Assembly (NCBI GenBank): GCA_964554155.1
Contig: CAZKNL010000001.1
Span: forward strand, 25,998 to 65,626
DNA: 39,629 nt
Reading direction: 5' to 3'
Source of the DNA: an uncultured Pseudomonadales bacterium
GTDB taxonomy: Bacteria; Patescibacteriota; Microgenomatia; UBA1400; PJMF01
Shown here: positions 1 through 7,574 of the stretch, in pieces
How positions within the stretch are numbered: the stretch's first letter is position 1
Layout of the letters: every line of letters starts with the position of its first letter
Made by a program: the position numbers and the translations under genes
Notes under the pieces: generated by a model
Databases searched by the model: none
Seen by the model: only the letters and a program-made list of their open reading frames with translations
Told to the model about the DNA's origin: nothing

Positions 1-284
1 ATATCAAACAAGGCAATTGTTTGGCCTTTCGCCAGAGTGACAACTGCTTTTTTCTTACGGGGCACGATCATAGTGACTCGACGTTTACCGGTTCGACGCA
101 TAGAACTGCCACGCATCACCGTACTTACACCTACAACTTTGACATTAAATAATTCCTCAACCGCTTTGGCTACTTGAGTCTTAGTTGCTGATGGTTGAAC
201 TTCAAAAGTATAAGCATTTGAAGTACTTACTAAAAAGAGCGTTTTCTCGGTGATCACTGGTCGTTTTACAATATGTGTGTGCAT
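1..284 (-). CDS. rplW: 50S ribosomal protein L23 (C-terminal end cut by window edge)
   Basis: Not in the ORF track because it runs off the window. The reverse complement from the ATG at 284..282 reads MHTHIVKRPVITEKTLFLVSTSNAYTFEVQPSATKTQVAKAVEELFNVKVVGVSTVMRGSSMRRTGKRRVTMIVPRKKKAVVTLAKGQTIALFD, which is L23-like. It sits directly after rplD, as in S10 operons. Confidence 0.85.
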   Translation of the reverse strand, partial: MHTHIVKRPVITEKTLFLVSTSNAYTFEVQPSATKTQVAKAVEELFNVKVVGVSTVMRGSSMRRTGKRRVTMIVPRKKKAVVTLAKGQTIALFD

Positions 285-287
285 ACC

Positions 288-1022
288 TTATTTGTTCGTA
301 ACAGTCTTTGGTTTGGCAGTTTTCTTCGACTGCGTAGTTTTTTTGATTTCTTTTTGCTCAATTTTTTCAGGCTTTTCGACTTTTGGAGGAGTTTCTTTCT
401 CATTCTGACTTAAACGAGTTTCTATTGTTTTCATCGATTCTTTGGTAAACACGATCGCATCTGAAGAAGCAACGTCAAAAGTGGTCAATTGAGTTGGACT
501 CGTAATAACAACATTTGGTAAGTTACGTACACTGCGCAACACGAGTTGAGTTGGTTTTTCTAAGATAATTAAAATACTAGTCGCTTCTGGGAATAACTTA
601 ACCAACATTTTTTGAGCAGAAGAGGTTTTCCCGTCCAGTTGGGTGATATCATCGTTAATCACAATTCTTTTCTGCTGGGCACTTAAAACAGAACGTAGAG
701 CAGCCTGGCGCATCGTCGCGCTTAACTTCAGATTCCAGTTTTGCTCACCTGTTGGACCATGAGAAACTCCGCCACCAACAAAAATGTTGGGGGTACGAGC
801 TCCGTGACGAGCATTCCCAGTTCCTTTTTGTTTAAACCATTTCTTTTTGGTGCGAGCAATTTCAGAACGTGTTTTAGTTTTACTAGTTCCTTGACGTTGA
901 TTTGACAAATAAACTCGAACTGCTTGGGCGATCAGTTGCTGATTCACTGGGACATCGAAAACCGTATCTGAAACAGTCATTGTGGTATCTTTACCAATAG
1001 TAGAAGTGACACGGAGTTTCAC
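288..1022 (-). CDS. rplD: 50S ribosomal protein L4, with a Lys-rich C-terminal extension
   Basis: 244-aa ORF with an L4-like core (KGTGNARHG, GGGVSHGP). The GTG start shares 1 nt with the rplC stop. S10-operon order is kept. The last ~40 aa are K/E/T-rich. Confidence 0.95.
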   Translation of the reverse strand: MKLRVTSTIGKDTTMTVSDTVFDVPVNQQLIAQAVRVYLSNQRQGTSKTKTRSEIARTKKKWFKQKGTGNARHGARTPNIFVGGGVSHGPTGEQNWNLKLSATMRQAALRSVLSAQQKRIVINDDITQLDGKTSSAQKMLVKLFPEATSILIILEKPTQLVLRSVRNLPNVVITSPTQLTTFDVASSDAIVFTKESMKTIETRLSQNEKETPPKVEKPEKIEQKEIKKTTQSKKTAKPKTVTNK

Positions 1023-1792
1023 TACTGTGCTCCTTTATCTTCAGTCGTTGTAGTCACTTCTGTGGATTCTGCTTGAACCTCTGTTTTCTCTTCAGGTACA
1101 ACAGGAGCGGCTGGAATGCCGCTCGCTTTTTGATCTAAATCAATGTTTTTCTTTTGACCTGTCTTAGTAATCTGGACTGTACATTTCATATGACCTGGAA
1201 TCGGACCACTTAACCAGATTGTTTGTGTTTGGGCATCAAGATGTAAAACAGTTAAACCAAGTACTGTTTGGATTTCTGTTCCATAATGACCAGGCATACG
1301 CTTGCCACGAAAAACACGACCAGGAGTAGTTCGTTGACCAATTGCGCCAACAGCACGCCAGCGGTCTGATTGACCGTGAGTCTTTGGTCCACCTGAGAAA
1401 CCATGCCGTTTGATTGCACCAGCAAAGCCTCTACCTTTGGTCACCCCTTGGACTTTAACAACATCACCGATGGCCAAAACATCTTGGACTTTGACAGTAT
1501 CACCTGTTTTCAACTTCAATGGAGAATTTTTTTCAGCGTTGACTTGTTTGATTTTTCGGACACCAATTGAAAAGCCACTCTTCTCTAGTTGAGTGCGGAG
1601 TGGCTTATTCACATTTTTTAATTTCTTTTGTCCATAACCAATGGTAAAACAAAGAGGATTTTGATCTGCGTCAAGTTTCTGGTCAAGGACCACGTTATTG
1701 ACCACAGTCAACTGGGTGACTGCCATACGTTTGCCAAGCTTGGTCCAAGCCTGGGTCATCTTTTGTTTGGTCGCAAAGACTTGAGTAATCAT
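1022..1792 (-). CDS. rplC: 50S ribosomal protein L3, with an acidic/Thr-rich C-terminal tail
   Basis: 256-aa ORF with an L3-like core (GVTKGRGFAGAIKRHGFSGGPKTHGQSDRWRAVGAIG). It lies between rpsJ and rplD. Confidence 0.95.
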   Translation of the reverse strand: MITQVFATKQKMTQAWTKLGKRMAVTQLTVVNNVVLDQKLDADQNPLCFTIGYGQKKLKNVNKPLRTQLEKSGFSIGVRKIKQVNAEKNSPLKLKTGDTVKVQDVLAIGDVVKVQGVTKGRGFAGAIKRHGFSGGPKTHGQSDRWRAVGAIGQRTTPGRVFRGKRMPGHYGTEIQTVLGLTVLHLDAQTQTIWLSGPIPGHMKCTVQITKTGQKKNIDLDQKASGIPAAPVVPEEKTEVQAESTEVTTTTEDKGAQ

Positions 1793-1875
1793 AACTACTT
1801 TGTTTAGTTCTGTTTTTCGAAACTGAAAGATTGGGTAATCTGACAGTATGGAAGTGTGCCATGCACCTCTCCTTG

Positions 1876-2211
1876 TTACATTTTGATTTGAATTCCTACA
1901 CCAGCTGGAAGCTCAAGGTGTAAGAGAGAATCAATTGTTTTGCTTGTCGGGTTCACAATGTCGATCAAGCGCTTGTGGGTTTTGATCTGGTAATGCTCTT
2001 GGGCATTTTTATCTGTATGAGGCGATGCCAAGACGGTGAACCACTTCTTGCTCGTCGGTAAAGGAACTGGACCAACAATGTTTGCCCCTGTTGAGACAGC
2101 AGTTTCTAAAATCTTGCGCGCTGCTTCATCAATGACTCGATGGTCATATGCTTTGAGACGAACGCGAATTTTATATTGTGCTTGTTTTTTATCGGTTGCA
2201 GCTGCTGCCAT
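1876..2211 (-). CDS. rpsJ: 30S ribosomal protein S10
   Basis: 111-aa ORF, S10-like ([20 protein letters not shown] ... LHLELPAGV). It is the first gene of the S10 operon. Confidence 0.95.
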   Translation of the reverse strand: MAAAATDKKQAQYKIRVRLKAYDHRVIDEAARKILETAVSTGANIVGPVPLPTSKKWFTVLASPHTDKNAQEHYQIKTHKRLIDIVNPTSKTIDSLLHLELPAGVGIQIKM

Positions 2212-2260
2212 GTTGTGAATGTTCTTTTTCTCGACTAGCTCATTTTAAAGACAAAGCTGA

Positions 2261-2289
2261 ATTATACAGATAAGTAAAAAGGAAGTAAA
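2261..2289 (-). promoter_or_regulatory. Candidate sigma70-type promoter of the S10 operon
   Basis: The minus strand reads TTTACT, a 17-nt spacer, then TATAAT. The -10 hexamer is the complement of 2261..2266 and the -35 hexamer the complement of 2284..2289. The -10 lies about 50 nt upstream of the rpsJ ATG at 2211. Confidence 0.4.
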
Positions 2290-2373
2290 GAGTTTACTCG
2301 AAAGCAAACCCTTATTTTCGTATTCCTCAAGGATGTTTGGGGAATGTCTTGATTAACCAATATATTCCGTTAT

Positions 2374-2646
2374 CTATTTTGAAGATTTATCCAAACTTTT
2401 TTCTAAGAGACTTTGAATATCTCCTAAACGCTCATGAATCTTGAACATAATTAAGAGTATCTCGGCGTAGACTCGGGCAACCAAGGGACCAAAAATAATG
2501 AGTGAAATTCCAGTAACTGGTTCGCTCGTAAGACGAAATACCCCAGCGGCAACACAAATAACAACTACTATCCAAAATAACCCTTGAATCAGAGTGGGTG
2601 TAATCATTTTTCGGAAATTTACGTACTCGTTTTCGTTGGCGTTCAT
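2374..2646 (-). CDS. Small two-TM membrane protein, DUF4282-like
   Basis: The ORF is 2374..2661. The internal ATG at 2646 is preferred because AAGGA lies 8 nt upstream. The product MNANENEYVNFRKMITPTLIQGLFWIVVVICVAAG...GPLVARVYAEILLIMFKIHE has the layout I associate with DUF4282. This is a family call from memory. Confidence 0.6.
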   Translation of the reverse strand: MNANENEYVNFRKMITPTLIQGLFWIVVVICVAAGVFRLTSEPVTGISLIIFGPLVARVYAEILLIMFKIHERLGDIQSLLEKSLDKSSK

Positions 2647-2726
2647 CGTGATCCTTCGCATTCTTCAATGCGATTTAATTGACAAGTAGCATGAAGGAGG
2701 AAGTCAGCTTTTTCAAGAGGATGATA

Positions 2727-2755
2727 ACAAAAAACCACCTCTAGAGGGTGGTTTT
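2727..2755 (-). terminator. Hairpin plus T-run, a candidate intrinsic terminator usable in both directions
   Basis: Stem ccacc (2735..2739) pairs with ggtgg (2747..2751) around a 7-nt loop. An A-run (2729..2734) precedes it and tttt (2752..2755) follows. On the minus strand the hairpin is followed by TTTTTTGTT. It lies downstream of the tRNA-like gene. Confidence 0.45.
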
Positions 2756-2851
2756 CGACTTGCTTACTGTCGGTACAGTATAGCGAGACCTACGATTATT
2801 TTATTTTTACATAGAATAAATAAAAAACAATCATTGAAATTTTTAAAGAAG

Positions 2852-2920
2852 TGGAGGCGACGGGACTCGAACCCGTAAGCAAGATTTCGTAGGTCTCGCC
2901 CTGTACCTAACAGCGCCCCC
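2852..2920 (-). tRNA. tRNA-like gene, non-canonical (candidate anticodon ACG; alanine-type acceptor stem)
   Basis: The minus strand reads GGGGGCGCTGTTAGGTACAGGGCGAGACCTACGAAATCTTGCTTACGGGTTCGAGTCCCGTCGCCTCCA. The 7-bp acceptor stem has G3:U70, and the discriminator is A. The T arm ACGGG/TTCGAGT/CCCGT is canonical. The D region is shortened to CTGT-TAGGT-ACAG. The anticodon arm is imperfect. No CCA is encoded. Confidence 0.5.
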
Positions 2921-2975
2921 ACTTCTCCGATGATACAAAGCAAATCTTGCAAGAACTGTAGAAACTTCACAACCC

Positions 2976-3004
2976 AAAACCCCCGCCTTGCAGCGGGGGT
3001 TTTT
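2976..3004 (-). terminator. Intrinsic terminator downstream of tuf, bidirectional in form
   Basis: A 7-bp GC stem, cccccgc (2980..2986) with gcggggg (2993..2999), closes a 6-nt loop. It is flanked by aaaa and ttttt. It lies 22 nt downstream of the tuf stop at 3026. On the minus strand the hairpin is followed by TTTTGGGTT. Confidence 0.7.
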
Positions 3005-3025
3005 ATTTCGCTCTATAAAGAGCTA

Positions 3026-4219
3026 TTACTTCAAAATCTTGATAATAGCACCTGCTCCAACGGTGTGACCACCTTCGCGGATGGCGAAGCGGAGTCCCTC
3101 AGCCATAGCAACTGGGACAATTAACTTGACAGTCATCTTAGCATTATCGCCAGGCATAACCATCTCAACACCATCTGGAAGTTTGATCTCACCAGTTACG
3201 TCAGTGGTACGGATGTAAAACTGAGGACGGTAGCCAGTAAAGAATGGTTTGTGACGACCACCCTCTTCTTTACTCAAGATATAAACTTCAGCTTCGAACT
3301 CTGTGTGAGGCTTGGCAGTACCTGGTTTAGCTAGAACTTGACCGCGTTCAACCTGCTCCTTTTCAATCCCACGAAGCAAGATACCAACGTTATCACCAGC
3401 TTGACCTTCATCGAGCATCTTACGGAACATCTCGACACCAGTTACCACTGATTTCTGTGGATCTCGAATACCGACGATCTCAATTTCCTCACCGACTTTG
3501 ACCTTACCTGTCTCAATACGACCGGTAACGACAGTACCACGACCCTTGATTGAGAAGACATCTTCGACTGGCATTAAGAATGGTTTATCGAGTTCGCGAA
3601 CTGGATCTGGGATGGTTGCGTCGACAGTGTCCATGAGTTCCATAATGGAGTCCATGTACTTCTCATCGCCTTCCAAAGCCTTCAAACCAGATGTGCGGAT
3701 GATTGGAGTCTTATCACCATCAAAACCATACTTGGTGAGTAACTCACGAATTTCCATCTCAACCAGGTCAAGCAGTTCTTTGTCGTCGACCATGTCAACT
3801 TTGTTCAGCGCAACCACCAATTTTGGAACGTTCACTTGTTTGGCCAACAAAATGTGCTCTCGAGTTTGAGGCATTGGACCATCGGTAGCTGCCACGACCA
3901 AGATTGCACCATCCATTTGAGCAGCACCAGTAATCATGTTCTTAATGTAGTCAGCATGTCCTGGAGCATCAATGTGAGCGTAGTGACGCTTGACGGTTTC
4001 GTACTCGATATGTGAAATGTTAATTGTCACACCACGAGCAGCTTCTTCTGGAGCGTTGTCGATATCCAAGTATGTTTTGGCAACGTTAATTGGTGATGGA
4101 ACTCTTTTAGAAAGAGTGGTTGCAATCGCTGCGGTTAATGTGGTCTTACCATGGTCAACGTGACCAATGGTACCAATATTGACGTGAGGCTTGTTGCGGA
4201 CAAATTTGTTGTCAGCCAT
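3026..4219 (-). CDS. tuf: Elongation factor Tu
   Basis: 397-aa ORF with [17 protein letters not shown] and NKVD G-motifs. It follows fusA in the str operon. Confidence 0.98.
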   Translation of the reverse strand: MADNKFVRNKPHVNIGTIGHVDHGKTTLTAAIATTLSKRVPSPINVAKTYLDIDNAPEEAARGVTINISHIEYETVKRHYAHIDAPGHADYIKNMITGAAQMDGAILVVAATDGPMPQTREHILLAKQVNVPKLVVALNKVDMVDDKELLDLVEMEIRELLTKYGFDGDKTPIIRTSGLKALEGDEKYMDSIMELMDTVDATIPDPVRELDKPFLMPVEDVFSIKGRGTVVTGRIETGKVKVGEEIEIVGIRDPQKSVVTGVEMFRKMLDEGQAGDNVGILLRGIEKEQVERGQVLAKPGTAKPHTEFEAEVYILSKEEGGRHKPFFTGYRPQFYIRTTDVTGEIKLPDGVEMVMPGDNAKMTVKLIVPVAMAEGLRFAIREGGHTVGAGAIIKILK

Positions 4220-4232
4220 ATATCTCCTTTAA

Positions 4233-6380
4233 TTAGCGAACGTTAATACCCTTACGTTCTTCAATAATTTTTGCTGCAATATTTTGCGGGACTTCTTCGT
4301 AATGACTCGGGAGTAACACCGAGCTTGCCCGACCTTGGGTCATGCTGCGCAAAATTGTAACATATCCCTGCATCTCTGCCAGAGGCACGAGTGCTTTGAT
4401 GATTACAGCTTTGCCACGATTGCTGGTTCCTTGAATTTGGGCACGACGGGCACTTAAGTCACCGATCACATCTCCCATGAATTCTTCCGGAGTTGTTACT
4501 TCAACAGTCATGATTGGCTCAATAATAATACCGTCAGCATTCCCAACGGCTTCACGCATACTCAGTGAGCCAGCCATTTTGAATGACAACTCACTCGAGT
4601 CAACTTCGTGGAATGAGCCATCATAGACAGTCACTTTGACATCAACCATAGGGTAGCCGGCTAAAAAGCCACGCTCCATAGATTCCTGAATACCTTTATC
4701 AATTGGATTAATAAACTCTTTGGGGATGGCACCACCAGTAACAGCGTTAACGAATTCATAGCCAGTGCCGCGTGGTTGAGGTTCAATCTTAATCAAACAG
4801 TGACCATACTGACCACGGCCACCAGTTTGTTTGATGTACTTACCTTCACCTTCGGCAGCTTTTTTAATGGTTTCGCGGTAGGCGACTTGTGGGGCACCAA
4901 CATTGGCTTCCACCTTAAACTCACGTTTCATCCGGTCAACTAAGATTTCTAAATGCAGCTCACCCATACCTTGGATAATGGTTTGACCAGTATTTGGATC
5001 TGACTTAATCCGGAATGTCGGATCTTCTTCAGCCAGTTTACTTAGGGCAACACCCATCTTTTCTTGGTCGGATTTAGTTTTTGGCTCAATTGCCAAGGAC
5101 ATGACTGGCTCTGCAAAGGAAATTCCTTCTAAGATAACTTGGTTGTCTTCATCACAGAGTGTGTCACCTGTTTTAGTATCTTTCAAACCGACAATTGCAA
5201 CAATCTCACCGGCTTGTGCTTCATCAATTTCTTCACGTTGGTTGGCATGCATTAACAGTAAGCGACCAACACGTTCTTTCACCTTACGGGTGGAGTTATA
5301 GGTATACGAACCTGATTGGAGTTTGCCAGAGTAGACTCGGACATAGGTCAAACGACCAACGTGAGGGTCAGTCTGAATTTTGAAGGCTAAACCACAGAAT
5401 GGTTCTTGAGGCACTAATTTCCGAATCACTTCCTCATCATTCTTGGGATTGGTCCCTTTAATCTCATTAATATCTTGAGGAGATGGTAAGTACTCAACGA
5501 CTGCATCGAGGAGTTGTTGAACACCAGTGTTGCGGAGTGAAGAGCCACAGAAGACCGGGACTAATTTATAATTAATGGTTGCTTTACGCAGTGCTGCTTT
5601 AAGTTCATTGATAGCAATTTCTTCTGCATTTAAGAATTTTTCCATCAGCGCATCATCTAAACCAGCAATTTGTTCCACCAACTGGCTGCGATAGAGCTCA
5701 ACATCTGCTTTCATTTCTTCTGGAATATCAATTTCTTGGTACTCTGCACCGAGGTCAGTTTTATCCCAAACAAAAGCTTTACGCTCTAAAAGCTGGACAA
5801 TTCCCCGGAAGGTATTTTCGACACCAACTGGTAACACCATGACCGCTGGAATCACCCCAAATTTATTCTTGATGTCATCAACAGTTCTCAAGAAATCAGC
5901 ACCGATCTTATCCATTTTATTGACAAAACAAATCCGTGGCACGTTGTATTTGTCAGCTTGGCGCCAAACAGTTTCTGATTGAGACTGCACCCCCTCTTCT
6001 CCGTCCAGAACCGTTACACCACCATCGAGCACACGCAAAGAGCGTTCGACTTCGGCAGTGAAGTCAACGTGTCCTGGAGTATCGATAATGTTGAAACGAT
6101 ATGGAACTTTTGGTAAGTGAGAATCAAAGTGTGGTGTCCAGAATGTGGTAGTTGCAGCAGAAACAATCGTAATCCCACGTTCACGCTCCTGGGCCATCCA
6201 GTCCATCTGGGTTTCACCTTCGTGAACTTCACCAATTTTGTAGGTTTTGCCAGTGTAATATAAAATCCGTTCAGTGGTAGTAGTTTTGCCTGCATCAATA
6301 TGGGCAATAATTCCAATATTACGAATTCTATCGAGGGGAAGATTTCTCTCGCTCGATTTAACAGTTTGTTGGCCGGCCAT
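4233..6380 (-). CDS. fusA: Elongation factor G
   Basis: 715-aa ORF with [17 protein letters not shown] and NKMD motifs, and EF-G domains IV/V (GELHLEI). It lies between rpsG and tuf. Confidence 0.98.
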   Translation of the reverse strand: MAGQQTVKSSERNLPLDRIRNIGIIAHIDAGKTTTTERILYYTGKTYKIGEVHEGETQMDWMAQERERGITIVSAATTTFWTPHFDSHLPKVPYRFNIIDTPGHVDFTAEVERSLRVLDGGVTVLDGEEGVQSQSETVWRQADKYNVPRICFVNKMDKIGADFLRTVDDIKNKFGVIPAVMVLPVGVENTFRGIVQLLERKAFVWDKTDLGAEYQEIDIPEEMKADVELYRSQLVEQIAGLDDALMEKFLNAEEIAINELKAALRKATINYKLVPVFCGSSLRNTGVQQLLDAVVEYLPSPQDINEIKGTNPKNDEEVIRKLVPQEPFCGLAFKIQTDPHVGRLTYVRVYSGKLQSGSYTYNSTRKVKERVGRLLLMHANQREEIDEAQAGEIVAIVGLKDTKTGDTLCDEDNQVILEGISFAEPVMSLAIEPKTKSDQEKMGVALSKLAEEDPTFRIKSDPNTGQTIIQGMGELHLEILVDRMKREFKVEANVGAPQVAYRETIKKAAEGEGKYIKQTGGRGQYGHCLIKIEPQPRGTGYEFVNAVTGGAIPKEFINPIDKGIQESMERGFLAGYPMVDVKVTVYDGSFHEVDSSELSFKMAGSLSMREAVGNADGIIIEPIMTVEVTTPEEFMGDVIGDLSARRAQIQGTSNRGKAVIIKALVPLAEMQGYVTILRSMTQGRASSVLLPSHYEEVPQNIAAKIIEERKGINVR

Positions 6381-6407
6381 AGAGTTCCTTATACGTGTCG
6401 TATCTGT

Positions 6408-6884
6408 TTACCAACGGAAGTGGGCAAATGCTTTATTAGCTTCTGCCATTCGGTGTGCTGCATCACGTTTAGAAATAGCTCCACCAGTATTGTTCAGGGC
6501 ATCCATCATTTCAGCTGCTAATTTTTCAGCAAAGTTACGATATTGTTTATTCGGACGCTTGTTGGCTTCTTGAACTAACCAACGAACAGCTAATGATATT
6601 CCGCGTCGACCACGAATAGGCATTGGCACTTGATAAGCTGCCCCACCGACACGGCGGGAACGAACTTCCATTTGTGGGGTAATTGTTCGGAATACTTCTT
6701 CCAAGATATCTAATGGTTTCTTACCAATTTTTTCGGCTACTAAATCTATGGCTTGATAAACTTGTTTCTCAGCAACAGACTTCTTGCCATCTTTCATCAC
6801 CCGATTAACCAGCCGAGTTACTTTGACTGATTTGAACTTTAGGTCTGGAGTGGCTTCTCTAGTTTTGGGGTGTTTAGCTCTCAT
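6408..6884 (-). CDS. rpsG: 30S ribosomal protein S7
   Basis: 158-aa ORF, S7-like (MEVRSRRVGGAAYQVPMPI ... AHFRW). Str-operon order is kept. Confidence 0.97.
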   Translation of the reverse strand: MRAKHPKTREATPDLKFKSVKVTRLVNRVMKDGKKSVAEKQVYQAIDLVAEKIGKKPLDILEEVFRTITPQMEVRSRRVGGAAYQVPMPIRGRRGISLAVRWLVQEANKRPNKQYRNFAEKLAAEMMDALNNTGGAISKRDAAHRMAEANKAFAHFRW

Positions 6885-6940
6885 ATGTGTTCGTTGTTCG
6901 TTTTTAGTGACTAGTTGCTAGGAACTAGAAACTTAACTCC

Positions 6941-7354
6941 TTATTTTGGTCTCTTTTCACCATACTTACTCCGACTGGTTTTTCGACCGGTCACACCAGC
7001 ACAGTCATACTTTCCACGAATAATGTGATACTTCACACCTGGGAGGTCTTTGACACGACCACCACGGATTAAGACGATACTGTGTTCAGCTAAGTTATGT
7101 CCTTCACCCATGATGTAGGCGGTTACCTCCATCTTGTTTGACAAGCGAACACGAGCAATTTTACGTAAGGCTGAGTTTGGTTTCTTTGGAGTCATGGTTT
7201 TGACCACAGTACAGACACCACGTTTTTGTGGGTTGGTGGTTTTGACAGGCTTACCAGTAATATTGTTGTAACTCCGGCGAAACGCACCAGCTTTAATACG
7301 TTTGGCAGTGCTTCTACGACCACCCTTGCGGATGAGTTGGTTCACTGTTGGCAT
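6941..7354 (-). CDS. rpsL: 30S ribosomal protein S12
   Basis: 137-aa ORF, S12-like ([38 protein letters not shown]). An AAGGAG Shine-Dalgarno sequence lies upstream. Confidence 0.97.
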   Translation of the reverse strand: MPTVNQLIRKGGRRSTAKRIKAGAFRRSYNNITGKPVKTTNPQKRGVCTVVKTMTPKKPNSALRKIARVRLSNKMEVTAYIMGEGHNLAEHSIVLIRGGRVKDLPGVKYHIIRGKYDCAGVTGRKTSRSKYGEKRPK

Positions 7355-7502
7355 GGACTCCTTAGTTTGTTAGTGACTAGTTACTAGGTGTAAAGATACT
7401 TGAGGAAAAAAGCAAAATGCCAATTCCCTTGTATTACTCCCGAGGCTCGGGTGTTCCAGTTCGTCGGCTGACGAAAGGAAGTCTCTTCACACAAGTTGGG
7501 GT

Positions 7503-7511
7503 ATTGTATCA
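7503..7511 (-). promoter_or_regulatory. Candidate extended -10 promoter of the rpsL-rpsG-fusA-tuf operon
   Basis: The minus strand reads TGATACAAT (TGn plus TACAAT) directly after the rpoC terminator. This would give a ~145-nt rpsL leader. No convincing -35 element is present. Confidence 0.35.
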
Positions 7512-7512
7512 C

Positions 7513-7548
7513 AAAACTAAAAAGCCCCACATACATGCGGGGCTTTTT
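7513..7548 (-). terminator. Intrinsic terminator downstream of rpoC
   Basis: The minus-strand RNA reads AAAAAGCCCCGCAUGUAUGUGGGGCUUUUUAGUUUUG. The stem is 8 bp including one G:U, the loop is UGUA, and a U-run follows. It starts about 30 nt after the rpoC stop at 7575. Confidence 0.7.
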
Positions 7549-7574
7549 GTCTTTATCAAGATATTCAGCACCTT

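Noticed and set aside
2796-2850. AT-rich 55-nt stretch next to the tRNA-like gene as a mobile-element end or attachment site
   Set aside because: There is no integrase, transposase or direct repeat of the tRNA 3' end anywhere in the window. The duplication I see is inverted and involves the 5' half, which does not fit classical tRNA-targeted integration.
2852-2920. Reading the G3:U70 tRNA-like element as tmRNA (ssrA)
   Set aside because: The 5' and 3' acceptor halves are only ~55 nt apart. There is no pseudoknot-rich body, resume codon or tag reading frame. I see no sign of a two-piece, permuted arrangement.
2764-3124. ORFs 2764..2970 (-) and 2930..3124 (+)
   Set aside because: They overlap the tRNA-like gene, the tuf terminator hairpin and the tuf 3' end. 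They have no coding-like features. The region is better explained by RNA elements.
3498-6573. Antisense or alternate-frame ORFs inside tuf and fusA (3498..3869, 5101..5301, 5195..5383, 6014..6316, 6274..6573, 6300..6521)
   Set aside because: All lie within strongly conserved elongation-factor genes. They are short and Ser/Leu-rich, as expected of shadow ORFs.
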